Shown here piece by piece: positions 44,268 through 61,707 of a stretch of 64,000 nt of DNA (position 1 is the stretch's first letter; every line of letters starts with the position of its first letter). Under the pieces are notes generated by a model. It did not search any database, was not told the origin of the DNA, and saw nothing but the letters and a program-made list of their open reading frames with translations. A program made the position numbers and the translations under genes. Origin of the DNA: the human T2T-CHM13v2.0 reference genome, Homo sapiens; NCBI RefSeq assembly GCF_009914755.1, contig NC_060943.1, one strand, 5' to 3'.

Positions 44268-45275
44268 TTACATTTTTGCATGATTTTGCAGCAGCTGGTA
44301 CTGGTTGTTCCTTTCTATGTTTAACGCTTCCTTCAGGAGCTCTTTTAGGGCTGGCCTGGTGGTGACAAAAATCTCTCAGCAGTTGCTTGTCTAAAGGATT
44401 TTATTTCTCCTTCACTTATGAAGCTTAGTTTGGCTGTATGTGAAATTCTGGGTTGAAAATTCTTTTCTTTAAGAATGTTGAATATTGGCCCCCACTCTCT
44501 TCTGGCTTGTACAGTTTCTGCCAAGAGATCTGCTATTAGTCTGATGGGCTTCCCTTTGAGGGTAACCCAACCTTTCTCTCTGGCTGCCCTTAACATTTTT
44601 TCCTTCATTTCAACTTTGCTGAATCTGACAATTATGTGTCTTGGAGTTGTTCTTCTCGAGGAGTATATTTGTGGCGTTCTCTGTATTTCCTGAATCTGAA
44701 TGTTGGCCTGCCTTGCTAGATTGGGGAAGTTCTCCTGGATAATATCCTGCAGAGTGTTTTCCAACTTGGTTCCTTTCTCCCCATCACTTTCAGGTATACC
44801 AATCAGATGTAGATTTGGTCTTTTCACATAGTCCCATATTTCTTGGAGGCTTTGTTTTTTTCTATTTATTCTTTTTTCTCTAAACTTCCCTTCTCACTTC
44901 ATTTCATTTATTTCATCTTCTATCACTGATTCCCTTTGTTCCAGTTGATTGCATCGGCTCCTGAGGCTTCTGCATTCTTCACGTAGTTCTTGAGACTTGG
45001 TTTTCAGTTCCTTTAAGCAGTTCTCTGTATTTGTTATCCTAGTTACACATTCTTCTAAATTTTTTTCAAAGTTTTCAACTTCTTTGCCTTTGGTCTGAAT
45101 GTCCTCCCATAGCTCGGAGTAATTTGATCATCTGAAGCCTTCTTCTCTCAGCTCGTCAAAGTCCTTCTATGTCCAGCTTTGTTCCATTGCTGGTGAGGAA
45201 CTGCATTCCTTTGGAGGAGGAGAAGCCCTCTGCTTTTTAGAGTTTCCAGTTTTTCTGCTCTGTTTTTTTTCCCAT
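44268..45275 (-). pseudogene. L1 ORF1 (RNA-binding chaperone), disrupted
   Basis: ATG at 45275. Fragment 44345-44827 reads KRPNLHLIGIPESDGE...ARREWGPIFNILKEKNFQPRIS. Frameshifted. Confidence 0.93.
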
Positions 45276-45730
45276 CTTTGTGGTTTTATCTACTTTTGGT
45301 CTTTGATGATGGTGATGTACAGATGGGCTTTTGGTGTGGATGTCCTTTCTGTTTGTTAGTTTTCCTCCTAACAGACAGGATCCTCAGCTGCATGTCTGTT
45401 GGAGTACCCAGCCTTGTGAGGTGTCAGTATGCCCCTGCTGGTGGGGACCTCTCAGTTAGGCTGCTCTCGGGTCAGGGGTCAAGGACCCACTTGAAGAGGC
45501 AGTCTGCCTGTTCTCAGACCTCCAGCTGCATGCTGGGAGAACCACTGCTCTCTTCAAAGCTGTCAGACAGGGACATTTAAGTCTGCAGAGGTTACTGCTG
45601 TCTTTTTGTTTGTCTGTGTCTTGCCCCCAGACGTGGAGCCTACAGAGGCAGGCAGGCCTCCTTGAGCTGTGGTGGGCTTCACCCAGTTTGAGCTTCCTGG
45701 CTGCTTTGTTTACCTCAGCAAGCCTGGGCA

Positions 45731-46099
45731 ATGGCGGGTGCCCCTCCCACAGCGTCCTTGCCCCCTTGCAGTTTGATCTCAGACTGCTGTGTTAGCAATC
45801 AGGGAGACTCCCTGGGCGTAGGACCCTCGGAGGCATGTGTGGGATATAATCTCCTGGTGCACCATTTTTTAAGCCCATTGGAAAAGTGCAGCATTCGGGT
45901 GGGAGTGACCCAATTTTCCAGGTACCCTCTTTCACCATTTTCTTTGACTAGGAAAGGGAACTCCCTGACCCCTTGCACTTCCCAAGGGAGGCAATGCCTT
46001 GCCCTGCTTTGGCTCATGCACGGTGCACGCACCCATGAGAGAGCAGTTTTGAAACACCCTTTTTGTAGAATCTGCAAGTGGATATTTGGAGAGCTTTGA
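45731..46099 (+). CDS. L1 antisense ORF0 reading frame, open and fused in frame to alpha satellite (122 aa); expression unknown
   Basis: MAGAPPTASLPPCSLISDCCVSNQGDSLGVGPSE matches the ORF0 N-terminus. Kozak context GCAATGG. The last ~20 residues (ERAVLKHPFCRICKWIFGEL) come from the TSD and alpha satellite. Confidence 0.55.
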   Translation: MAGAPPTASLPPCSLISDCCVSNQGDSLGVGPSEACVGYNLLVHHFLSPLEKCSIRVGVTQFSRYPLSPFSLTRKGNSLTPCTSQGRQCLALLWLMHGARTHERAVLKHPFCRICKWIFGEL

Positions 46100-47804
46100 G
46101 TCCTATCATGCAAAGGGAAATAACTTCACATAAAAAATAGACAGAAGCATTCTCCAAAACACCTTTGTGATGCTTACATTCAACTCACAGAGGTGAACCT
46201 TTCTTTTGATAGAGCAGTTTTGAAACACTCTTTTTTTTAGAATCTGCCATTGGTTATTTGGAGCGCTTTGAGGCCTTTGGTGGAAATGGGAATATCTTCA
46301 GATAAAAACCAGACAGAAGCATGCTCAGACACTACTATGTGATGTTTGCATTCAGCTCACAGAGTTGAACCTTTTTGATAGAGCAGTTTTGAAACACTCT
46401 TTTTGTAGTTTCTGCAAGTGGATATTTGGACTCCTTTGAGGACTTCGTTGGAAATGGGAACATCTTCACATAAAACTAGACAGAAGTATTCTCACAAACT
46501 TCTTTGTGACGTGTGCATTCAACTCACAGAGTTTTACCTTCCTTTTGATATAACAGTTTTGAAACACTCTTTTTGTAGAATCTGAAAGCGGATGTTTGGA
46601 GTGCTTTGAGGCCTTCAGTGGGAATGGGAATATCTTCACATAAAAAACAGCAGAAGCATTATAAAAAACGTCTTTGTGATGTGTTCATTGAATGCAGAGA
46701 GTTGAACGTTGCTTTTGGTAGAGTAGTTTTGAAACACTCTTTTTGTAAAATCTGCAGGTGGATATTTGGAGCACTTTGAGGCCTATGGTGGAAAAGGAAT
46801 TATCTTCACACAAAAACTAGACAGAAGCATTCTGAGAATCTTCTTTGTGATGCTTGCATTGAACTCACAGTGTTGTACCTTCCTTTTGATAGAGCAGTTT
46901 TGAAACACTCTTTTTGTAGAATCTGCAAGTGGACATTTGGAGAGTTTTGAGGCCTGTGGTTGAAAAGGAAGTATCTTCATATAAAAACTAGAGAGAAGCA
47001 TTATCAGAAACTTCTTTGTGATGTATGCATTCAACTCACAGAGTTGAACCTTCCTTTTGATAGAACAGTTTTGAAACACTGTTTTTGTAGTATCTGCAAG
47101 TGAATATTTGAAATGCTTTGAGGCCTACTGCGGAAAAGGAAATATCTTCACATAAAAACTAGACAGAAGCATTCTCAGAAACTTCTTTGTGATGTGTGGA
47201 TTCAACTCACAGAGTTGAACCTTTCTTTTGATAGAGCAGTTTTGAAACAGTCTTTTTGTAGAATCTGCAAGTGGATATTTGAAGCACCTTGAGGCCTATG
47301 GTAAAATAGCAAATATCTTTACGTAAAACTAAACACAAGCATTCTCAGAAATGCTTTGTGATGCTTGCATTCAACTAACAGTTTTGAACCTTCCTTTTGA
47401 TAGAGCAATTTTGAAAATCTTTTTGTAGAATCTGTAAGTGGATATTCAGAGCGCTTTGAGGCCTATGGTGGAAATGGGAATATCTTCACATAAAAAGTTG
47501 ACAGAAACATTCTCAGAAACTACTTTGTGATGCGTGCATTAAACTCAGAGAGTTGAACGTTACTTTCAATAGAGCAGTTTGGAAACACTCTTTTTGTAGA
47601 ATCTGCAAGTGGATATTTGGAGCGCTTTGAGGCCTATGGTAGAAAAGGAAATAGCTTCATATAAAAACTAGACAGAAGCGTTCTCAGAAACTTCTTTGTG
47701 ATATATGCACTCAACTCATAGAGTTGAACCTTCCTTTTGATAGAGCAGCTTTGAAACACTCTTTTTGTAGAATCTGCCAGTGGATATTTGGACTGCTTTG
47801 AGGC

Positions 47805-47821
47805 CTTCGGTGGAAACGGGA
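47805..47821 (+). promoter_or_regulatory. Last CENP-B-box core match seen in the window
   Basis: CTTCGGTGGAAACGGGA keeps the nTTCGnnnnAnnCGGGn core; I saw none downstream. Confidence 0.75.
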
Positions 47822-50800
47822 ATATCTTCACTTAAAAACTAGACAGAAGGATTCTGAGAAACTTCTTTGTGATGTGCACATTCAACCCACTGAGTTGAAA
47901 CTTTCTATTGTTTGAGCAGTTTGGAAACAGAGTTTTGTAATATCTGCAAATGGATAATTGGAGATCTTTGACACCTACGGTGGAAAATGAAATATCTTCA
48001 CATAAAAACTAGACAGAAGATTTCTTGGAAACTTCTTTGTAATGTGTGCATTCATCTCACAGAGTTGAACATTTCTTTTTTTGAGCAGTTTTGAAACACT
48101 CTTTTTGTAGAATCTGCAAGTGGATATTTGGAGCCCTTTGTTTCCTATAGTGGAAAAGGAAATATCTTCACTTAAAAGTAGACAGAAGCATTCTCAGAAT
48201 TTTCTTTGTGATGTGTACATTCATCTCACAGAGTTGAACCTTTCTTTTGATTGAGCAGTTTTGAAACACTCTTTTTGTAGAATCAGCAAGTGGATATTTC
48301 GAATGCTTTGCGACCTATAGTGGAGAAAGGAATACCTTCACATAAAAACTAGACAGAAGCATTCTGAGAAACTATTTTGTTATGTGTGCATTCATCTCAG
48401 AGTGCTGAACTGTTTTTTTATTTGAGCGGTTTTGCAACACTCTTTTTATAGAATCTGCAAGTGGATATTTGGAGAATTTTGCCACCTATAGTGGGAAAGG
48501 AAATATCTTCACATAAAAACAAGACAAAAGCATTCTGAGAAACTCCTTTGCAATGTGTGCATTCATCTCAGAGAATAGAACTTTTCTTTTGATTGAGCAG
48601 TTTTGAAACACTCTTTTTGTAGAATCTGCAAGGGTGTATTTGGGGCGTTTTGAGGCCTGTGGCGGAAAAGGAAATTTCTTTACATAAAAACTCTGCAGAA
48701 GCATTCTGAGTCACTTCTTTGTGATGCGTGCATTCATCTGATGTAGTTGAACCTTTCTTTTGATTGAGTAGTTTGGAAACACTCTATTTGCAGGATGTGC
48801 AAGTAGATATTTGGAGCACCTTGATGCCCATGGTGGAAAACAAAATATCTTCACATAAAAACTACACAGAAACATTCTGAGAAACTTATTTGCTATGAGT
48901 GCATTCATCTCACAGAGTTGAAACTTTTTTTTGATTGAACAGTTTTGAAACACTCTTTTTGTAGAATGTGAAAGTTGATATTTTGAGCGCTTTGAGGCCT
49001 GTAGTGGAAAAGGAAATATCTTCACATAAAAACTACACAGAAGATTTCTGAGAAAATTCTTTGTGATTTGTGCATTCAACTCACATATTTGAACCTTTCT
49101 TTTGATAAAGCAGTTGGTAAACAGTCTTTTTGTAGTATCTGTAAATGGAAATTTGGAGCACTTTGAGGCCTATAGTGGAGAAGGTAATATCTACATATAA
49201 AAACTAGACAGAATCATTATGAGAAACTTCTTTGTGAAGTGTGCATTCATCTCACAGAGTTGAACCTTACTTTTCATTGAGCAGTTTTGAAACACTCTAT
49301 TTGTAGGATCTGCATGTGGATATTTGGCGCATTTTCAGTCTATAGTGGACAAGGAAATATCTTCACATAAAAACTAGACAGTAGCATTCTGAGAAACTTC
49401 TTTGTGATGTGTGCATTGATCTCACATTGTGAAAGTTTCTTTCGATTGAGTACTTTGGAAACAGTCTTTTTGTAGTATCTGCAAATGGATATTTGGGGCG
49501 CTTAAAGGCCTATAGTGGAAAAGGAAATATCTTCACAAAATAGATAGACAGAAGCATTCTGAGAAACTTCATTGTGCTGTGTGCATTCATCTCAGAGATT
49601 TAAACTTTTGTTTTGATTGTGCAGTTTTGAAATACTCTTTTTGTAGAATCTGCAAGTGGATATTTGTAGCCATTTGCGGCCTATAGTGGAAAAGCAAATA
49701 TCATCACATAAAAACAAGACAGAAGCATTCTGAGAAACTTCTTTGTGATGCATGCATGCATCTCACAGAGTTGAAGCTTTCTTCTGATTGAGCAGTTTTG
49801 AAACAGTCTTTTTGTAAAGTCTGCATGTGGATATATGGAGAGCTTTGGGCCTATAGTGGAAAAGGAAATATTTTCTCATTAAAACTGGACAAAAGCATTC
49901 TGAGAAATTTTTTTGTGATCTGTGCATTCAACTCACAGATTTGAACTTATCCTTTGATTGATCAGTTTGGAAACATTCTTTTTGTAATATCAGCCAGTGG
50001 ATATCTCAAGCGATTGAGACTTATAGTGGAAAAGGAAATATCTTCAGGAAAAACTAGACAGAAGAATTCTGATAAACTTCTTTGTGATGTGTGCCTTCAT
50101 CTCACAGTGTTGAACCTTTCTTTTAATTCAGCAGCTTTGAAAAAGTCTTTTTGTAGAATCTGCATGTGGATATTTGGAGTGCTTTGCTGCCTATAGTGAA
50201 AAAGGAAATATCTTCACATAAAATCTAGACAGAAGAAGTCTGAGAAACTTCCTTGTGATGTGTTCATTCTCCACACAGATTTGAAATTTTCCTTTGATTG
50301 AGCAATTTTGAAACACTCTTTTTTTTGTGCAAGTGGATATTTGGAGCACTTTTAGGCATATCATGGAAATGGAAATGTCTTCATATAAAAACTAGACATA
50401 AAAATTCCGAGAAACTTGTTTGTGATGTGTGCCTTCAACTCACAGTGTTGAAACTTTCTTTTGATTGAAGAGTTTGGAAACACTCTTTTGTAGTATCGGC
50501 AAGTGGATATTTGGATCGTTTCACGGTCTAAAGAGGGAAAGAAAATATTTTCACATAAAAACTAGACAAAAGCACTCTCAGAAACATCTTTGTGATGTGT
50601 TCATTCATCTCACAGGGTTGAACCAATCTTTTGATTCAGTAGTTTTGAAACACTCTCTTTGCAGTATCTGCAAGGGAATATTTGGAGCGCTATGAGGCCT
50701 ATGGTGGAAAGCAAATATCTTTACATAAAACTAGACAGAAACATTCTGAGAAACTTCTTTGTGAAGTGTGCAGTGATCTCACAGATTTGAACCTTTGTTT

Positions 50801-53800
50801 TGATTTAGCTATTTTGAAACACTCTTTTTGTAGAGTCTGCAAGTGGATATTTGGAGCACTTTGTGGCCTACGGTAGAAAATTAAATATCTTCACACAAAA
50901 ACTAGCAAGAAGCATTCTGAGAAACTTCTTTTTGGTGTGTGCATGCAACTCAAAGAGTTGAACCTTTCTTTTGATTGAGCAGTTTGTAAGCATTCTTTTT
51001 GTAGCATCTGCAAATGTATATTTAGAGTGCCTTAAGGCCTACAGTGGAAAAGGAAATATCTTCACATAAAAACTAGATGGAAGCATTCTGAGAAACTACT
51101 TTGTGATGTGTGCATTCATTTCAAAGAGTTTAACCTTTCTTTTGATTGAGCAGTTTTGAAACACTCTTTTTGTAGAATCTGCAAGGGGATATTTGCAGCG
51201 ATTTTTGGCGTATATTGGAAAAGGAAATATCTTCACATAAAACCTAGAGAGAAGCATTCTGAGAAACATCTTCCTGAAGTGTGCATTCAACTTACAGAGA
51301 TGAACCTTTCTTTTGATTGAGCAGTTTGGAAACACTCTTTTTGTAGTATCTGCAAATTGATATTTTGAGTGCTTTGAGGCTTATGGTGGAAAAGGACATA
51401 TCTTCACATAAAAACCAGACAGAAGAATTCTCAGAAACGTCTTTGTGATATGTGCATTCATCTCACAGAGTTGAAACTTTCTTTTCGTTGAGCAGTTTTG
51501 AAACCCTTATTTTGTAGAATCTGCAAGTGTATATTAGGAGAGCTTTTCTGTCTATGGTGGAAAAGGAAATATCTTCACATAAAAGCTAGACTGAAACATT
51601 CTGAGAAACTTCTCTGTGATGTGTTCATTCATCTCAGATAGATTAATCTTTCTTTTTATTGAGCATTTTTGAACCACTCTTTTTTAAGTATCTGCAAGTG
51701 GATATTTGGAGCACATTGTGGCCTATAGTGGAAAAGGAAATATCTTCACATTAAAACTAGACTGAAGCTTTCTGAGAAACTTCTTTGTGATGTATCCATT
51801 CATCTCACGAGATGAACATATCTTTTGATTGAGCAGTTTGGAAACACTCTTTTTGTAGAATCTGCAGTTGGATATTTGGAGCTCTTGAGGCCTATGTTGG
51901 AAAAGGAAATATCTTCACATAAAAACCAGACAGAAGCATTCTGATAAATTGCTTTGTGATGTTTGCCTTCAACTCACAGAGTTGGATCTTTCTTTTGATT
52001 GAGCAGTTAAGAATTATTCTGTATGTAGTATCTGCAATTGGATATTTGGAGAGCTTTGGGGCCTATAGTGGAAAAGGAAATATCTTCACAGAAAAACTAG
52101 ACAGTAGCATTCTGAGAAAATTCTTTTTGATGTGTTCATTCATCTCACGAGATGAACATTTTTTTTTGACTGAGCAGTTTTGAAACACTGTTTTTCTAGA
52201 ATCTGCAATTGGATATTTGGTGCGCTTTGAGGCATATGGTGAAAAAGGAAATATCTTCACATTAAAAATAGACAGAAGCACTCTGAGAAACTTTTTTGTG
52301 ATGTGTGCATTCATCTCGCAGTGTTAAAACTTTCCTTTGATTCAGCAATTTTGAAACACTCTTCTTGTAGAATCTGTGAGTGGATATTTGGAACCCATTC
52401 AGGCATATAGTGGAAAACGATATCTCTTCACATAGAAACTAGACAAAAACATTCTGAGAAATTACCTTGTGATGTGCACTTTCAACTCACAGAGTTGAAC
52501 TTTTCTTTTGATTGGGGAGTTTGGAGACAGTCTTTTTATAGTATCTGCAAATGGATATTTGGAGAGCTTACAGTCCTACGGTGGAAAAGGAAATATCTTT
52601 ACATGAAAGCTAGACAGAAGAACTCTGAGAAACTTCCTTGTGATGTGTGCATTCATCTCACAGAGTTAAACCTTTCTTTTCATTGAGCATTTTTAAAACA
52701 CTCTTTTTTACAAATCTGCAATTGGAGATTTGAGTGCTTTGCGGCCTATAGTGTAAAAGAAAATACCTTCAAATAAAAACTAGACAGAAGCATTCTGGGA
52801 AACTTCTTTGTGATATGTGCATTCATCTCACAGAGTTGAAACTTTCTTTTGATTGTGCAGTTTTGAAACACTCTTTTTACAGAATCTGCAATTGGATATT
52901 TGGAGTGCTATGAGGCCTATTGTGGAAAAGGAAATATCTTCACATAAAAACTAGACAGAAGCATTCTGAGAAAGTTCTTTGTCATGTGTGTATTCACCTC
53001 ACAGTGTTGCAAATTTCTTTTGATTGAGCAGTTTGGAAACAGTCTTTATGTACTATCTGCAAATGGATATTTTGAGCGCTTTGTGGCCTATAGAGGAAAA
53101 GGAGTTATCTTCATATAAGAACTAGACAGAAGCATTCTGAGAATCTTCTTTGTGATGTGTTCATTCGTCTCACAGTGTTGAAGCTTTCTTTTGATTGACA
53201 GTTCTGAAACACTTTTTTTTTAGAATCTGCAAGTGGATATTTGGAGCGCTTTGTGGCTTATATTGGAAAAGGAAATATCTTCAAATAAAAACTAGACAGA
53301 GGTATTCTGAGAAACTTCTTTGTGATGTGTGCACTCATCTCACAGAGTTGAACCTTTATTTTGATTGAGCAGTTTTGAAACACTCTTTTTGTAGAATCTG
53401 CAAGTGGATATTTGGAGCGCTTGGCTGCCTACGGTGAAAAAGAAAATATCTTCACGTAAAAACAAGACAGAATCATTCTGAGAAACTCCTTTGTGATGTG
53501 TGCATTCATCTCACACAGTTGAACATCTCTTTTCATTGGGAAGTTTTGAAACACTCTTTTTGTAGAATCTGCAAGTGGATATTTTGAGCGATTTGAGGCC
53601 TATGGTGGAAAAGGAAATATCTTCACCTAAAAACTGTACAGAAGCATTCTGAGAAACTTCTTTGTGATGTGTGCATTCAACTCACAGAGTGGAACCTTTC
53701 TTTTGCTTGAGCAGTTTGGAAACATTCTTTATGTAGAATCTGCAAATGGATATTTGGAGAGCTTTGAGGCCTATGGTATAAAAGGAAATATCCTCACATA

Positions 53801-53902
53801 AAAACTAGCAATAAGCGTTCTGAGAAACTCCTTTGTGATGTGCACATACAACTCAAGGAGTGGAACCTTACTTTGGATTGAGCAATTTGTAAGCATTCTT
53901 TT

Positions 53903-57185
<3,283 letters not shown>

Positions 57186-60100
57186 TAAAACTAGACAGAA
57201 GCATTATGAGAAACTTCTTAGTGATGTCTGCATTCATCTCAAAGAAGTGAAGCTTTCTTTTGATTAAGTAGTTTTGAAATCCTCTTTTTGTAGAATCTGC
57301 AAGTGGATATAAGGAGAGCTTTGTGGTCTATAGTGGAAAAGGATATATCTTCACGTAAAAACGAGACAGAAACATTCTCAGAAACTTTTTTGTGATGTGT
57401 GCATTCATCTCACAGAGCTGAAACTTTCTTTTGATAGAGAAGTTTGAAACACTATTTTTTAAGGATCTGCAAGTGGATATTAGGAGCACTTTGTGGCCTA
57501 GAGTGGAAAAGGAAATATCTTCATATTAAAAATAGAGAGAAGCATTCTGAGAAACTTCTTCATGATGTGAGCTTTCAACTAACAGAGTTGAACCTTTCTT
57601 TAGATTGACCAGTTTGGAAACCCTCTTTTTGTAGTATCTGCAAATGGATATTTGGAGCGCTTTCAGTCCTATGTTGGAAAAGGAAATATCTTCACATAAA
57701 TACAAGACAGAAGCATTCTCAGAAAGTACTTTGTGATTGAGCATTCAACTCACAGAGTTGAAACGTTCTTTTGATTGAACAGTTTGGAAACAGGCTTTTG
57801 TAGTACCTGCAAATGGATATTTGGAGCGCGTTGAGGCCTATAGTGGAAAAGGAATTATCGTACCATAAAAACTATACAGAAGCGTTCTGAAAAACTTCTT
57901 TTCTGTGTGTGCATTCATCTCACAGAGTTCAACTTTTGTTTTGATTGAACAGCTTGGAAACACTCCTTTTGTAGAATCTGCAAGTGGATATTTGGAGCCC
58001 TTCGAGGCCTATTGTGGAAAAGGAAATATCTTCACATAAAAACCACACAGAAGCATTCTGATAAACTTCTTTGTGATGTGAGCATTCATCTCATGTAGTT
58101 GAAACTTGTTTTTGATTGAGCAGATTTGAAACACTCTTTTTGTAGAATCTGCAATTGGATATTTGGAATGCTTTGCAGCCTTTAGTGGAAAAGCAAATAT
58201 TTTCACATAAAACCAAAAAAGAAACATTCTGGGAAACTTCTTTGTGATATGTGCATTCATCCCACAGAGTTGAACTTTTCATTTGATTGAGCACTTCTGC
58301 AACACTCTTGTTGTAGGATCTGCAAATTGATATTTGGAGCGCTTTGAGGCCTATGGTGGAAAAGGAAATATCTTCCCATAAAAACTAGACAGAAGCATTC
58401 TCAGAAATTTATTTGTGATGTGTGCATTCATCTCACAGAGTTGATTATTTCTTTCGATTGAGCAGCTTGGAAACGGCTTTTTGAAGAATCAGAAAATGAA
58501 TATTTGGAGCGCTTTGAGGCCTGTGGTGGAAAATGAAATATCTCCACATAAAAACTAGACAGAAGCATTCTGATAAACTTCTTTCTGACGTGTGCATTCA
58601 TCTCACAGAGTTGAAACTTTATTTTGATTGAGCAGTTTTGAAACACTCTTTTTGTAATATCTATAAGAGGATATTTTGAGTGCTTTGAGGCCTATGGTGA
58701 AAAAGGAAATATCTTCACATAAAACCACAGAGCAGCATTCTGGGAAACTCCTTTGTGATGTGTGCATTCAACTCACTGAGTTGAACCTTTCTTTTGATAG
58801 AGCAGTTTGGAAACAGTCTTTTTGCAGTATCTGAACATAGATAATTGGAGCGCTCTGAGGCCTTTGGTGGAAAAGTAAATATCTTCACATAAAAACTAGG
58901 TGCTACATTCTGAGAATCTTCTTAGTGATGTGTGCATACAACTCACAGAGTTGAATCTTTCTACTGATTGAGCATTTTTGAAACACTCCTTTTGTGGAAT
59001 CTGCAAGTGCATATTCACAGCAGTTTGCATTAAGTAGTGTAAACGGAAATATCTTCAAATAAAAACTAGACAGAAGGATTCTGAGATACTTTTTTGTGAT
59101 GAGTGCATTCATCTCACAGATTTGTACATTTCTTTTGATTCAGCAGTTTTTAAACACTCTTTTTCTAGTATCTGCAATAGGATATTAGGAGTGCTTTGAG
59201 GCCTTTGTTGGAAAAAGAAATATTTTCTCATAAAAACTACAGAGAAGCATTCTGAGAAACTTCTTTCTGATGTGTGCATTAGACTCACAGAGTTGAAACT
59301 TTCTTTTCATTGAGCAGTTTTAAACCCACTTTTTGTTGAATCTGCAAGTGGATATTTGGAGCACTTTGAGGCCTATGGTGGAAAAGGAAATATCTTCCCA
59401 TAAAAACTAGACAGAAACATTCTGAGAAACTTCTTTGTGATGTGTGCATTCATCTCACAGAGTTGAACCTTTATTTTGATTTAGCCGTTTTGGAACATTC
59501 TTTATGTAGGTTCTGTAAGTGGATATTTAGAGCGCTTTGCGGCCTATAGTGGAAAAGGAAATATCTTCACATAAAAGCTAGACAGAAGCATTTTGAGAAA
59601 CTTCTTTATGATGTGTGCATTCTTCTCACAGAGTTCAACCTTTCTTTGGATTGAGCAGTTTTGAATCCCTTTTTGTAGGATCTGCATGTGGATATTTGGA
59701 ATGGTTTGAGGCGTTTTGTGGAAAAGGCAATATCTTCACATATAAAGTTGACAGGGGCATTCTGAGAAACTTCTTTGTGATGTTTGCATTCCACTCACAC
59801 AGTTGAAACTTTCTTTTAATTGAGCAGTTTGAAACACTCTTTTTGAAGTATCTGTAAGTACATATTTGGATCACTGTGCGGCCTATGTTTGAAAAGTTAA
59901 TATCTTCACATAAAAACTACACAAAAGCATTCTGAGAACGTCTTCATCATTTGTGCATTCACTCACAGATTTGAAATTTTCTTTTGATTGGGCAGTTTGG
60001 AAACAGTCTTTTTGTAGTATCTGTAAATGGATATTTTGAGTGGTTTCAGGCCTATAGTGGAAAAGAAAATATCTTCACATAAAAACTAGACAGAAGCATT

Positions 60101-61707
60101 CTGAGAAAGTTCTTTGTGATGTCTTCATTCCTCTCAGATAGTTGAAACTTTCTTTTCATTGAGCAGTTTTGAAACACTCATTTTCTAGAATCTGCAAGTG
60201 GATATTTGAATCACTTTCAGTCCTACTGTGTAAAAGGAAATATCTTCACATAAGAACTACAGAAAAGCAGTCTCAGAAACTTCTTTGTGATGTGTGCATT
60301 CCTCTCACAGAGTTGAACTTTTCTTTTGATTGAGCAGTTTGGAAACACACACTTTTTAGAATCTGCAAGTGGATATTTGGAGCACTTTGAGGCCTATGTG
60401 GAAAAGGAAATATCCTCAAATAAAAACTACACAGAAGAATTCTTAGAAATTTCTATGTAATGTGTGCATTCACCTCATACAGTTGAACGTTTCTTTTCAT
60501 TCAGCAGCTTGGAAACACTTTCTTTGTAGAATCTGCACATGGATATTTGGAGTGCTTTGTGGCCTATTGTGGAAAAGGAAGTGTCTTCACATAAAACCTA
60601 CACAGAAGCATTCAGAGAAACATTTTTATGATGTGTACATTCATCTCACAGAGTTGAACTTTTCTTTTGATTGAGCAGTTTTGAAAGACTCTTTTAGTAG
60701 AATCTGCAAGTGAATATTTGGTGCCTCAGAGGCCAATTGTGTAAAAGGAAATATCTTCACATAAAAACTACACAGAAGCATTCTGAGAAACCTCTTTGTG
60801 ATGTGTGCATTCATCTCACAGAGTTGAACCTTGCTTTTCATTAAGCAGTTTGGAAACACTATTTTTGTAGAGTCTGCAAGTGGATATTTGAAGCGCTTTG
60901 AGAACTATTGTGGAATAGGATATATCTTCAAATGAAAATTACACACAATAATTCTGAGAAACTTCTTTGTGATGTGTGCATTCATCTCAAAGAGTTGAAC
61001 CTTTCTTTTGAATGAGCAGTTTGGAAAAAATCTTTTTGTACATTCTGCAAATGGATATTTGGAGCACTTTTTGGCCTATTATGGAAAAGGAAATATCTTC
61101 ATGTAAAAACTACATAGAAGCATTCTGAGAAACTTCTTTGCGATGTGTGCATTCATCTCACAGAGTTGAACCTTTCTTTTGATTGATTAGTTTGGAAACA
61201 CTCTTTTTGTAGAATCTGTAAGTGGATATTTGGATTGCTTTGAAGGTTATGGTGGAAAAGGAAATATCTTCACATAAAAACTACACAGAAGCATTCCGAG
61301 AATCTTCTTTGTGATGCTTGCATTCAACACACAGAGTTGAAACTTTCTTTTGATTGAGCAGTTTGGAAACACACTTTTTGTAGAATCTGCAAGTGGATAT
61401 TTGGAGCCCTTTGATGCCCATTTCAGAATAGGAAATACCTTCACATTAAAACTACACAGAAGCATTCTGAGAAACTTCTTTGTGATGTGTGCATTTATCT
61501 CACATAGTTGAACCTATCTTTTGATTGAGCAGTTTTGAAACTCTCTTTTTGTAGAATCTGCAAGTGGATATATGGAGCCCTTTTAGGCCTATGGTGGAAA
61601 AGGAAATATCTTCACATAAAAACTACACAGAAGCATTCTGAGAAACTTCATTGTGATGTGTGCATTCATATCACAGAGTTGAACCTTTCCTTTGATTGGG
61701 CAGTTTT

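Noticed and set aside
51795-52165. CATCTCACGAGATGAACAT shared at 51801 and 52141 (340 bp apart)
   Set aside because: The similarity does not extend over the rest of the monomers, so it is too short to call a dimer duplication; at most a tiny conversion patch.
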